38,328 bases of DNA from Chiloscyllium plagiosum (lineage: Eukaryota). Below are positions 12,290 through 24,200 of the stretch, piece by piece (the first letter of the stretch is position 1; each line of letters starts with the position of its first letter). The notes under the pieces were generated by a model. It did not search any database. It was not told the origin of the DNA and was given only the letters and a program-made list of their open reading frames with translations. Location of the stretch: assembly GCF_004010195.1 (NCBI RefSeq), contig NC_057728.1, positions 41,321,870-41,360,197 on the forward strand, read 5' to 3'. Both the position numbers and the translations under genes were made by a program.

Positions 12290-12832
12290 TGCAGGGAGTT
12301 TAGAACAAAGGGAAACAGCCTTAAAAATTGTAACAGCTTATTCCCACAGTTTGAGAAGCATAAATTAGTCTGTTCAAGGACGATGTCTAGATTAGAGAGT
12401 TGCTGGAAAACCACAGGAGGTCAGGCAGCATTCAAGGAGCAGGAAAATTGATGTTTCGGGCAGAAGCCCTTCATCAGGAATGCTCATTCCTGATGAAGGG
12501 CTTTTGCCCGAAATGTCGATTTTCCTGCTCCTTGGATACTGCCTGACCTGTGCTTTTCCAGCACCACTCTAATCTAGACACTGATCTCTAGCATCTGCAG
12601 TCCTCACTTACGCCTTGTTCAAGGATGATGTCTTATATAACAAGGGGAGAGGAAATCTAAAACTCCAGGCTAGGCCAATTGAATATTTCTAAAATGTAAT
12701 TACTAGATTTTTGCTAGCCAAGGATACTAAGGGTTACAGAATATGAATACACAATTAAGATCAGCTGTGATCAAATTAAATGGTAGAACAAGATGCAAAG
12801 GAGATGAATGGTCTTTACCAATTCCTATGTTC
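12290..12832 (+). mobile_element. Old CR1 3' end interrupted by the hairpin element at 12389-12615
   Basis: gggagtttagaacaaagggaaacagcctt...gatcagctgtgatc...aatggtagaaca...gaatggtc...ttcctatgttc. Confidence 0.55.
12389..12615 (+). mobile_element. 227-bp Penelope-derived hairpin element with two back-to-back hammerhead arms and an 18-bp TSD
   Basis: Arms 12384-12482 and 12485-12580 are inverted copies. TSD tgttcaagga(c/t)gatgtct at 12371-12388 and 12616-12633. Confidence 0.85.
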
Positions 12833-13059
12833 CACACTACATAGCAGCCTAGTAGCTGGGAATATACTAATAGATGCTGTTTATGACTCTTTCAAATGTT
12901 TCTTTTAAAGTGTATGTTACTCATGTATCACTGCAATAATGTAATTTCAGTAAGCACTAAACTTGGTACTCTGTGGAAAATCTTTATCTTTACTATCATT
13001 CTGTTACAAGTGAAAATATAGGCAAGATGAATTGTCACACAGCTAGCAGCACTCCTTAC

Positions 13060-13119
13060 CTAATCGAATGGCCTGCATATTGCTTGCAGCAAAGTTCATT
13101 AATTAATTCACAATCCACC
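13060..13119 (-). CDS. HELB: HELB exon 9 (VDCELINELCCKQYAGHSI)
   Basis: ttacacag acceptor, AG|gtaagg donor, 60 nt, phase 2-2. Matches human DCDLINDCCCKHY. Confidence 0.9.
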
Positions 13120-13444
13120 CTGTGTAATAAGAAGTCAGAAATCTTAATGCAGATTAAGGCATCAATTGACGTTTGAACAGATGTTCAATATTACAACAAT
13201 CTAGTTCAAGATAAAAGACAAAACAGTCAATGCAGCCTAGGACTGCACACACAAACAGTAAAATTTGAACTGCTTGAGCATAGCATCTCAAATGCCATCT
13301 AAACCTATCAAAATAAATAAAGCATTATGTCACACTTTATAGTTACTCTTCAATATGTATAATAAAAAATAACCAGTAGAAAAGAATGAGAATTGGAATT
13401 GAAGCCACACATTGGAAAACAACTACCCACAGATTTCCCTCCAA

Positions 13445-13645
13445 GCCAAACACCACACATGGAACTGTTTCATCATTTCTTAATAGTGCCTGGTTCAAAC
13501 TCCTGGGAAATCCCCTAATAGCACTGTACAATAGACCATACTGGATGGGCTGAAGCTATTCAGGGAGGCAGCTCATCGCCACTTTCTCAAGGGCATTTTG
13601 GGATGACAAATTCTGCTGCTATCAACTACCCATGAATAAATAAAA
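13445..13645 (+). mobile_element. LINE 3' end remnant (related pieces at ~24435-24610, ~25905-26030, ~28300-28480)
   Basis: Shared motif ggcagctcatcgccactttctcaagggca...ccatgaataaataaaa. Confidence 0.55.
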
Positions 13646-14108
13646 CAACACATTGGGCCTCACTTTCTACAAGAAGTGCTAACTTAAGATATATTTCCGT
13701 TATGTCAAAGGTGAATAGTGAAAGGTCATTTTCTTTCTTGTAACCGTATTTTAAAATAGAAACTTGAATTTGCCCAATCAAAAAGAACACTAAACAGTGA
13801 TAACCAGAAAACAGCTGCAGAGATTTCTTCTAAAGGGCAAAGTAGAAGGCAGTAGAAAAGGTTTGACTGAGGCTAGTTGGATAACAGATTATGACAGCAG
13901 ATGAACTACAGTGGATGCATGAGGTTGGCATCAACAGACAGGTGTGGCATTCCCCGACAGCAGTAGCTATAAGCAGTAGCAATTTAGAGAACAAATGATT
14001 TTCACAAAGGCCATTAAGATAATCTTAGTGTATGTAAAGCATTGATTTAAAAACTAAGCAGCTTGTGGTTAATATCTTCAACAAATCTCAATTTACTGCA
14101 AGTTTATG

Positions 14109-15060
14109 TCATAGAATCATACAGAACAGGCCTTTTGGATTATCAATTCTATACTGCCAAAAATATGCTACGATCTAAACTAGTCCCACTTCTCTGTACT
14201 AGGACCATAGCATTGAATGTTATGAAAAGTACCTTTTAAAGTTTTTGAGGTTTCTTATTTTAACTACCTTCCCAGGCAGTGAATTCCAGACACCCACCGT
14301 CCTCTGGGTTTCTTCAAAACCTTCTGCATTTCACTTTAAAATTATATTCCCTTGTTATTAACTCTCCAACTAAGGGGAACAGTTGCTTTCTATTCACACT
14401 ATCCATGGCCCTCATAAGTATTTGATGAATGGCAGGCCTATCAGATCACTTGCTGACCTTCTTTGCTCCTGAGAAAACAACCTGATCTTATCCAGCCTCT
14501 CTTTATCGGCAAAATGCTCCATCCCAGGCAACATCCTGGTGAATATCCTTTACAATCCCTCCCATTCAAATCAATTCCATCCTGTAGCGTGGTGACCAGA
14601 ACTGCACACAATACTCCAGCTGTAGCCTAGCCAAAGTTCTGTACAGATCCAAAATGACTTCCCTGCTCTTATATGCCATGACCATTACAGGACACTTGCA
14701 TTTAATCCTTGTTAACCACCCTATTAACCTATCCTGTTACCTTCAAGGATCTGTGGACAAGCATTCCAAGATCGCTTTGCTCCACTGAGCTGCCATTCAT
14801 GAAGTACTCTCTTATGTTGTTCCTTCTTTCAAAGTGCATCACCTCACATTTATCAGAGTTAAATTCCATCTGCCACTGGTCTGCCCAATTTGTTCATACC
14901 CTGCTGTAACCTGTCACCTCACTGTCAACTACCCAACCAATCTTTGTCAATCACAAACTTAATTATCATGCATCACCTTCCCAACATTCTCATCTAATCA
15001 TTTATGATCACAAACAATAAGGGACCCAGCACTGACCCCTATAGTATGCCACTGCACATT
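14109..15060 (-). mobile_element. Degenerate CR1 LINE 3' portion
   Basis: The reverse strand shows GSVLGPLLF-, LEYCVQFWSP- and WNSLP-like remnants plus a 3' tail. Confidence 0.85.
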
Positions 15061-15166
15061 GGGCAGTAAGTTATCTTTCACATTCCTGTTTTAGTTTTTG
15101 CAGTGATACCTGGGCAGAAACACTATGCGTTGAATCCATTATCACCTTTCTTAAACATATAATTAC

Positions 15167-15260
15167 CGTCTAAACGCAATGAACTGTGAAGTCTCGTCAT
15201 CGTCTAGTCCTGGGGCTTTTGAGTTTAGTAAACATTCAATAGCTTTTTGAAGATCTGCCC
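15167..15260 (-). CDS. HELB: HELB exon 8 (ADLQKAIECLLNSKAPGLDDDETSQFIAFRR)
   Basis: atttgtcag acceptor, CG|gtaatt donor, 94 nt. TSQFIAFRR is conserved in HELB. Confidence 0.9.
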
Positions 15261-15394
15261 CTGACAAATAAAAATGTAAACATTGCCATCATACTTTAAA
15301 ATACAGTAACCAGACAAACAAGAAATAAGTTTTCACATATTTAAAATTTTTAAACAAGGGTACTCCAAGCTTTTTAAATCAGCTCAGTGCAGTT

Positions 15395-15710
15395 TTCCTG
15401 TTCCCAATGACTGGGAAGTCGAGAACACAGTCTAAGGATATGGTGTAGGTCATTTATGGCTGAGAGGAAGAGAAATTTCTTCATACAACTTGTGGAATCC
15501 TTGGCCACAGAAAGCAGTTGAGGCTTAAAAAAAAAAAAGGATGTTTTCAAAGGAGTTAAATATGGTTCTTAAGGTTAATGAGTTAAAAGGGTATGGGGAG
15601 AAAATAGGAACTATTTACTGAGTTGGACAATCCGTCATGATCATAATGAATAACAGAGCATGTTTAAAAGGGTGAAATGGCCTACTCCTGGTCCTATTTT
15701 CCATGTTTCA
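15395..15710 (+). mobile_element. CR1 3' end fragment
   Basis: tgttcccaatgactggg...agaaatttcttcatac...aaatggcctactcctggtcctattttccatgttt. Confidence 0.75.
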
Positions 15711-16682
15711 CTCTGGTTCTCCGTACTCTTCAATACAAATATGCATCTGAAACATAAATACTATGCCCAAATCTAAATTCCCTGTCATCTTTAGAAGTTC
15801 AACCTACATAACAATGAGTTAATAGCATTTATTTGCATTCATTCATTCACCTTAACAAAAATCTGATGTATATAGATCAATCCAAACTCCCTTAAGATGT
15901 GCAAACTGCGGCATCACAAGCATAAAGCTGGCACTGCATAGACATAGCGGTGTTAGGAGCCCAGGTACAACTAGACCAAGCACACAGATTTAATTCAGTA
16001 CCAGCAGGAAAGAATGTGTAATTATTGGATGAGAAATTTATAAAAAGGATATTTATATTATAAATGTGGACACAGGAACCTATAAATATCCATCCAAGGG
16101 TTACTTCCCAGCCTGGCCTCAATTTTGAGACTTGCAGGAAAGGTTCATGTAAGTGCAGACATTACCAAGTCACACTGCTTTGGCCCTCAGGCAGGTGGAG
16201 CAGGGCACACTTTTATTACTTTCATTCTTTCAAGAGTAGGCAACCCACCTAAAAGATACTTGTCGCACTATCCAAGTGCTTCTAACCTGTCTGCTCTTTA
16301 AATCATGATGCCCATTCCTTTCTCCCAATCCACTCTCCATGACGCCTCCTACTTACCTGATCTGAACTCCTGCCACTTTTAAATTTGGGACTGCCTCCAA
16401 TCTCAGTGGTATCCACTGCTCCAACCTGAATGGCAGCAATTCTCTGAAAGAGGACTTTGTCTTGAGTGAAAGGCAGATGTCTCATATTGGAATAGTGATG
16501 TCTATGCCCATCACTGTACCATATCACATAACTGGTTGTGAGCAACCATGACTGGCAGGATTGCATTATCCACCATGTCTCCAGCGAGCGACCCAGCCAA
16601 TGAAAAAAGTGTTTGAGGTAAAACATCCTTTCCTGATTGCAAGTCCAAGCATTAAATCAATATGAATCATTTCCAGACTCAC

Positions 16683-16828
16683 CGGTGGAATTATGTATGG
16701 AGGGTAGAGAAACAAGAATGAATTTTTTATCAGGTGTTGGAATGATGACATCTATGGACTTTGATATGTGCATCACTGCGTCATATTGCAACTCCTTATA
16801 TGTAGACTTCAAACCCATCTCAGCAATC
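16683..16828 (-). CDS. HELB: HELB exon 7 (IAEMGLKSTYKELQYDAVMHIS...DKKFILVSLPSIHNST)
   Basis: atttcttag acceptor, G|gtgagt donor, 146 nt, phase 2 to 1 fits both neighbours. DKKFILVSLP resembles human DKTFIFVRLP. Confidence 0.85.
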
Positions 16829-17574
16829 CTAAGAAATTAGAAGTCATGAAAAGTGAAGTGGTTACATCAAAAGAATGCAAGTCATGAAAACGATTTCAAA
16901 AGCCACTTTCCCTTTCCCAACCACCTTGATCCCCACTGTTTTTCATCTTGTCTTCTGAAGATAGTGACTTATGGGTAGCAATTGCAATTAGTATCTTGCC
17001 TTGAAGGAGATGACTGACATAAAGCTTTGAGTGAGCAGATAGAGCTCACACAGAACACACACATTCAGACAATCTGCTTCATTAATGCCATTGAAGCACC
17101 TGTACAATGTGGAAGGTAAATACAAGTTATGCTTGGACCAATGCCCTTATATATATAGCTTATATATATAGCTTTTACATTTCTCAGGCATGCAGGCTAG
17201 TAGTAAACCCTTTCTTTTATTTGTAATTCATGCAGAAACAAAATGAACACTAATCAGAAAATTAATACACAAAAGGAAAAACAAAGTGACCAACAACGCA
17301 AATGACACTAAAGCAACAAAGCAATCTTAAAGTTGCCAAAATAAAACGAGAAGATCCAACCGCACGTGTCAAAAACACATCAAAGCAAACAGACTAGTCA
17401 GGATTATTGTGCTTATATATTAAGGCAGATCATTCAAAATTCAACAGAGGACAATAAGGTGGTTGTTGACAGAGTTTGTAAATGATTATGAGAACATTAC
17501 AGGAAAACTATTTCAGTTCAAGTGCATGCATGAGAGTAGACAACTGCACTTCTGAAGAAAACAAAGAGACATAC

Positions 17575-17716
17575 TTAGCAGCATTATCTATGATCAGCTG
17601 GCTCTCTGCACGATGATTGGTTGGTAGTTCAATGCTCCATCTAATGCGGTACAAACTGGAAAAAACATCACTTAACATGTTGCCTGGCTCGATGCTTGGT
17701 AACTGTCTAACATCAC
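17575..17716 (-). CDS. HELB: HELB exon 6 ([14 protein letters not shown]...[16 protein letters not shown])
   Basis: ttttttctag acceptor, AA|gtatgt donor, 142 nt. Helicase motifs III/IV. Confidence 0.93.
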
Positions 17717-17842
17717 CTAGAAAAAAAACCAAAAGATGTAATTTTATATATCACAAAACTAGAAAAAGCACACATAGAAACACTGTTCAAATCCAGGGAT
17801 GACCAAACAACAGTGCACTGATCCAGCATTTTGAAAACTTTA

Positions 17843-18035
17843 CAAAATACTGCAGATGCTGAAAATTTGAAGTAAAAACAGAAAATGCAGACCTGGCAGC
17901 ATCAGTCAAGAGAAAAATAACATTAAGTTCAACTGGTTCTGATGAAAGACAGTCAATGTAAAACATTACTTTTTCTTCACTCTCTGCAGATGCTGCCTGA
18001 CCTACTGAATATTTTCAGCATTTTCTGTTTTTGTG
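17843..18035. mobile_element. Palindromic Penelope-terminus-type element (family B) with a decayed hammerhead remnant (ctgatgaaag...aaacatt)
   Basis: Inverted arms aaaaacagaaaatgc...ggcagcatc / gatgctgcc...gcattttctgtttttg. Confidence 0.65.
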
Positions 18036-18703
18036 TTTAAACTTAATCTGCACATGCTCATTCTCGCATCAACAATGCACTAGTTGGTCATCAAATACAT
18101 TTATTTTTTCAGTCCCCATGAGAAGGACATTGCTTCAGGCTGATCTCCTGCAGCTCCTCTTGGGATAACCAACTCCACAAAGCATACTGAATTTGAGATC
18201 CGGTCTCAACTATCAGCTCCTCATTCAGGAATGCCCATCATTTCAACCCCGCCATTTGAACGCCATTGCTGGTGATTCTTTCCATCCATAACTACAGAGC
18301 CAAAGGAAAGGAAAAAATACTGAAGCCTACAAAAGGAAGGAAAATACAGAAGGAATAAAAAAAGTAAGGAGACCACCAATGAAATTGCTGGAGAGAGGAA
18401 ACATGTAGAATGGATGGATGATGGAGACATAAGTAACAGTCCAAGGATTTGAAAAAATACAAATTAGATTAGGAATTATACATGATGTTTAAATCAGAAT
18501 TCTGCATGACTCAGACAATTTAAATCAAATGGGCCATGTCATATGCTCTAAGAGGCTGGATACCTCTGATAGAAGAGGAAGCACTTCTAGACACAAGGAA
18601 CATAGTCACGTAGAAACTGATATTCAAATTAAAATCTACAAATGTATTATTACAATGACATACAAACAGAATAATCAGTACATTTCTGTAACAATGAGAA
18701 TAA

Positions 18704-18835
18704 TAGAGTCATAGATATACACAGCACAGAAACAGATTGTCTGGTCCATCTCATCCATGCCGACCAGATATCATAAGTTAATCTGGTCCCATTTGCCAGC
18801 AGTGGCCCATATCCCACTAAACCCGTCCTATTCAT
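18704..18835 (-). mobile_element. CR1 3' tail
   Basis: Reverse complement of the 34925-35058 tail type. Confidence 0.8.
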
Positions 18836-19107
18836 AAAGTTATGATTTTTCTTTAAACAGGTAAAGCTAACTGGTCATTTCTGGAAATGTTCATCAATTC
18901 ACTTTCACCACATTGTTGGCTGAAATTATATTTCATGGCAGCACTGAGGTTGGAACCAAGTTTACTTAACACCATTTGTAATTGTACTCTATAATCTGTT
19001 TCCCTCTGGGTGACATGTCAAAAGAAAACTGAAGAAAATGCAAGTAATTTGCACTGCATATTAATGCATTCTAAGAATGAGTAGAACTCTGATCATCAGA
19101 TACTTAC

Positions 19108-19288
19108 CAAGGATTATAAGTTTTTTGAGATTGGCATGCTGCATTAGCAACTTTAAAACAGTACTTAGGATACGCACGGAGACCAAACTTCCCTCATCAA
19201 CAATCAGTACCTGGACATCAGAAAACATCCAATCATGAGGTTTCCCGGATGCAATTGATTTCTCTGTAGCCCAGAAATTCCACATCAC
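19108..19288 (-). CDS. HELB: HELB exon 5 (VMWNFW...VLIVDEGSLVSV...KLIILG)
   Basis: ataaacag acceptor, G|gtaagt donor, 181 nt. Walker B. Confidence 0.93.
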
Positions 19289-20246
19289 CTGTTTATAAAA
19301 AACACAATTCAATAGTTCTTTATTGAGACAGATATGAAATTTACATTTATATTTCTCTCTAATCAATTTTCAAGTACTTAAAAATGTTCTGTGCAATATT
19401 TACTAACCAAAACACAAGTGTATAAAACCTCACTAACATCATTATAGCTACTACTATTTCTAATACCAATATTAATGCAGTTCCACATGTTCATTTTTTT
19501 AACCCTAAAGAGTTATAAAACCTGAAAATTGGAATGAATTAAAGAAGTTTCCAAAAAGATTGATGACAACAGCTAGCCTTGCTAGCAGAGCCCACATTTT
19601 GTGATGCAATAAATAAATGACATCCTGTGGATGAATGGCTAACTTGAACAGATCACTTCTCATGCATTTAGCAATGGACTAATGGCCATTTTATCTAAGA
19701 TGGTAGCAGATGGAGCAGCTCTGCTTGCCAGTTTCTTTCTTTTTTTTGCCTCTTTTCTGCAGTTTCTCTTCACTTTCACCAATTACCACCACCCAATCCC
19801 AACCTTTTAACTTCATAAACTACCCTATCTGGAGGGAATGGAGGAGAGATCAAGTCCAGCTAGGGGTGGAGGAGGACACCAAGCCCAGGCCAATCTAGAA
19901 GATGAGTCCTGGAGGCAAGTGGCAGGCCAGAGGCCGGAGCAGGAGGCAATCAGAGCCTAGTAAGAGTCTTGGAGGCAAGTCTGGGCTGGAGGCCAGCACG
20001 TGGAGGCAGCAAGGGCTCATGTTCTGAAGGCCAGTTGGCACAGACTCAGGTGAAAAAGGACTATAATTTGAGTACTTAAAGACACTTTCTACTCTTATTC
20101 TGGAGTTTGAATAGAGTTCTTTTTTGAAAAATTTGCATTTTTTCGCTAAATTTTCTTTGAATCTTTCAATTGTAAAAAAAATCTGAAGTACCTGTACCTA
20201 AGATGCCACTATTGAGGCGACATTACAAACTTTTCACTGCTTGTGT

Positions 20247-20475
20247 TTAGATTAGAGTGATGCTGGAAAAGCACAGCAGTTCAGGCAGCATCCGAGGAGC
20301 AGTAAAATCAACGTTTCGGGCAAAAGCCCTTCATCAGGAATACAGGCAGAGTGCCTGAAGGGTGGAGAGATAAATGAGAGGAGGGTGGGGGTGGGGAGAA
20401 AGTTGCATAGAGTACAATAGGTGAGTGGGGGAGGGGATGAAGGTGATAGGTCAGGCAGGAGAGTGGAGTGGATTC
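20247..20475 (-). mobile_element. Penelope-like terminal repeat fragment with hammerhead, nested in an older non-LTR tail (...cttttcactgc | gagtgcatgtgacaataaa)
   Basis: Reverse-complement homolog of 29910-30135. Confidence 0.8.
20310..20337 (-). ncRNA. Minimal hammerhead ribozyme motif CUGAUGA-A-GGGC-UUUU-GCCC-GAAAC-GUU
   Basis: Intact catalytic boxes, 4-bp stem II and palindromic ACGU stem III, typical of PLE hammerheads. Activity untested. Confidence 0.7.
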
Positions 20476-21578
20476 GAGTGCATGTGACAATAAAGGCTAT
20501 TCTATTCTATTTTACAATTCATTATCTTGAAAATGTGCCAAGTCTACCTCAGATTAGGGTAAGGCATCTTAAAATTTAAGGAACAGATCAAGCTAGTTCT
20601 TTTGTCCTGCTACACAAGTAGCATTCCCACTAAATGGATGCTGCTGTCATCGAGCCAAGATGATGTTCTGCCTTTCACACAAATGAAAATGTTGCATATG
20701 AATTTCAGTGTTGGCTGATGCCATGTATGTAGGCCACACATCCCAATGACAAGTAGATCAAATCAGAAAGCTTATTCCTTCAGCTGTTAGCAACAAACAA
20801 ACAAAGTACTGACCACCCAACCAGTCTCTGCTTGCAAAATTCAAAATACAGGCATGTCCAAAATTAGATGTGATTCTGCAATTGGACAAAGTTTGCCACT
20901 TATTTCTTAATATGAAAAGGATTATGTTGACAATAAATTTAGGATTGTCAGTCAGTGTCTCCTTAGTTGTGAGACCTGGAGGCAACATATGACATGACCC
21001 TGTTCTTGGCAGACAGATATAACATACAGACACAAAGTCTGATTTAGTACAACAAAATAGGTGACATGTATTCGTTGGTTCATTTCTCAGGGCAAAGCAA
21101 AGTACTTGACCAAAGTAAATTGACACTGTTTAAAAATGTAAACAATGCTTGGCAGTTAATTGACAGTCACCATTAACTGGTGCATTTTACATGGCAATGT
21201 CTCTAACAATTCACCTGCCAAAAAGCACTCTGCTCGCATACAGTATGAATATTACTCCCCCCCCCCCCCCCCACCATGTGGATTTCTTTTGACTTGTCCT
21301 CATGAGTGCAAGACAAAAAGCTTTGACAAAATATGCCTTTTTCAGTGTTACTCAAGTTACCTATTAACAATTAAAAGAAAAAATACATTTGCAATGAAAA
21401 CAGAAGTTAAAAAGTCATGAACTTTTAAAACATCTCAAAATGTTAGTTATTTTTAAAATTGTCCTGAAGAATATGGATATTCCATAAATAAGTAGTTTTT
21501 CCAAGGTCACAGAGTCTGTAATTTAGAACATAGTAGGCTAAAAAATAAAGTGACTCCTCATTTAACAAGATATAACTA

Positions 21579-21752
21579 CAGTGGAACCTTGATTATCCGA
21601 AGGAGACACGGGAGGGCAGTAATTCGTTTGGTTAATTGAATCCTGGATAATCGAATGCTGGATAACAGTTTAGCCATGCATTGGGACCTTGCGATCTTGT
21701 CGGAAAAGCCGATATTTGAATAATTGAATGCCAGATAATCGAGGTTCCTCTG
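21579..21752. mobile_element. 174-bp Tigger/pogo-like (Tc1-mariner superfamily) MITE
   Basis: TIRs cagtggaaccttgattatccg and (reverse complement) cagaggaacctcgattatctg. TA on both sides (21577-78, 21753-54). Confidence 0.85.
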
Positions 21753-22858
21753 TATTTCCCAGTGGTTTTTACGGAAAGACTAACAGTATAAATGGGGAAG
21801 TTCAGGGTCTTTGGTGTGACTGGGGTATATAGGGATTTCAAAATCACATTGTGTGGAATCAATGGCAGCTACAGCTGCATTAATGCTTAACTGTGTGTGC
21901 CTGCACTCCAAATGATTGTCAGTTTCAGAGAAGTGATGATAGCAAACACTGACAGTATTGCTGTCATTACTGGCATAAACATCAGGGTCATTATCCTGAC
22001 TTGGAGATTTAATTAGAGATGGTAGTGGATCACACTAATACGGCAGGGAGATAGGGAAAGTCAGAAAAGAAAATGGAGCTGCAACACAATTTGAAGAAAA
22101 GACCAAGCTTTTCACCAACAGCTTCAACAACAAAGGTGCTATTAAAGAAACGCTAACATCAGAAAAGGTAATCAAAGCAAGACTAAAGACAGGAATTAAG
22201 AAATGTTCAATCTCGAAGCTTAATCGATAAATTTGTCAGTAAAATATTCATGTTGAAAACAGACAAACAGTAACAGGAATTAAAGTTTTATGGGAGAGTT
22301 TCTTATAGTGTGGAGCACAATCCTGCTATCACCTGACTTCCAAATTTCCAGCCACGATATGGTTTGGAATTATGTCTTTAACACATTACTGTACTTGGCT
22401 CTGAACTAAATACTCAAAACTAGCTTTGTCAAAGTTCTAATTTATATTTCAACTGTTAGCAGCCACTAGAATTACTGTCAAGATTCTTATTCCCATATGC
22501 AATTGGATTCCAGAACCCCTTGATGGCAACCAGTAAATGCTGCTTCCAAAGTTATTCTGACCCTTTCAGGTTCTCCCTTAATATAAATAACCAAAATTAT
22601 CTTAATAATATAGTCTAATGTAGTGAAAATATACACCAGTTATTTTTTGAAAGAGTTGAAAGAAACTAACCAACAATTCACTGAATGTTTACATGTAGTC
22701 TGGAGTAATATATTGCTCAAAGTTTTAGGCTCTCTTTTTGACCTCCTACACAGGAGCAATAGAAGTGTTTTAGGAACTTTCTTAAAAATCATGTTTACTT
22801 TATGCTAAACATGTTAAAAGATTTGAATTATCCACAAGTATCATTGAATGGCAATTAC

Positions 22859-23650
22859 CTGGTGTAAAGTATAAGCATTAAACCCAGTTTTTTTCTTTAA
22901 AAGAGATGCTGCCTTTCCAGTTGGTGCAGTGAACAGCACAGATACCTTTCTGACATCAACTTTGTCAACAGAGTCACCATTGGGAGTTTTGCCCACTGGA
23001 ATATCCCAACTTTCAGGAGCCCATTCATCCTGCTCAAGATCTCGACATGCTTGCAATAGTTCCTCATTATCTGCACTCTCCATATTTTTAACTACCGTGC
23101 TGAAGATGTGGCTGACAAGTGTGGTCTTTCCACAGCCACCTTTACCACTGATGACTGTAACAGGATTTTCACACATCATGATAGCAGCTTTCAATTGATA
23201 AGAATCCAATTTAACTTCTTCAATGTGCTCTGTGTTTTCAGGTAGTGTTTCCATTTGTTCTGCAGTACTGGCTTTTGTCAAAGCTTCAGATAGAGAAATG
23301 TGCCAAGGAGGTTTATTCACAAGTTCCTTTATACAAGATGCAATTTCTTTCTCATAGTTATAAAAACACTTGAGGTACACTCGCCTTTTTTCAATTATGA
23401 TTATCTTGGAGTCCTTTAAAAATTTTAGTGATTCCCATGCACTTTGAACACTGAACTCTGATGAGCGTAATGCAGTCAGTTCATCAACTTGAACGTAGGT
23501 GTGCCCCTTACTCCAGCAAGTCTGTTTCAGCTTATCATAAATGACCAAAGCATGCCTTTGTAACTCTGGAATTGTCTTCATTAGGTCAGCTTCCTCAAAG
23601 GCCAACAAGGATGCCTCACAACCAATCAGTTGTAGCTCCTTTGAAAGAAT
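22859..23650 (-). CDS. HELB: HELB exon 4 (ILSKELQLIGCEA...GKGGCGKTT...APTGKAA...AYTLHQ)
   Basis: gttgacag acceptor, CAG|gtaatt donor, 792 nt. Walker A and motif Ia. Confidence 0.95.
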
Positions 23651-24006
23651 CTGTCAACAGTAAAGGAAATGTCCTTCAGAAATTATTATTGAACTATTTA
23701 ATGAGACCATCTGCACCTTAAAAGGATCTTGGAATTTCTTAAAAGACTTAATAAAAAAAGGTGGAAGGTTCAGGATTAGAAACAGGTTTACAATGGTATG
23801 GTTTCCCTTAATTGTGCATTGTGTTTGCCAACATTTGAATTTTGTTTTTTTCCCTCTCACAAACACAGCTACTATAGTCAATGAAACTTAGAAGAGAAAT
23901 GCAGATGAAAAAGAACTACAAAGTTTAAATGCTCAGACAGAAAATAAAACCAACACCATACTTGGGATTTACTCATATTGACAATTGTGCAAACAGATGT
24001 GCTTAC

Positions 24007-24200
24007 TTGACTGAATCCTAGCTTCCATACTGCTGTCTGAATCAAATGTTCCAACTCCTCCAGAATATGCCATGCACGGCGCACTCTTCCATTTTCCTCT
24101 TTCGGCATTAAAATTTCCAAGAAATGCTTCGGCAGAAGTTTGGGCAGGATCTCCATCAAGTTGTGGAACTTTAACGCATATTGCACATATTGGCCTTCAA
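24007..24200 (-). CDS. HELB: HELB exon 3 (EGQYVQYALKF...LPKLLPKHF...WKLGFSQ)
   Basis: ataatttag acceptor, CAA|gtaagc donor, 194 nt, phase 1 to 0. WKLGFS motif. Confidence 0.9.

Noticed and set aside
12384..12580. Hairpin as a pre-miRNA or DNA-transposon MITE
   Set aside because: The arms match PLE terminal repeats elsewhere in the window, the element has a one-sided tail, and the TSD is 18 bp rather than TA or 8-9 bp.
15890..16626. GC-richer intronic stretch with a 107-aa minus-strand ORF
   Set aside because: No recognisable domain. HELB exons 7 and 8 splice in frame without it. Probably old repeat, but I could not classify it.
17146..17174. 13-bp tandem duplication cttatatatatag
   Set aside because: Ordinary slippage at a TA microsatellite.
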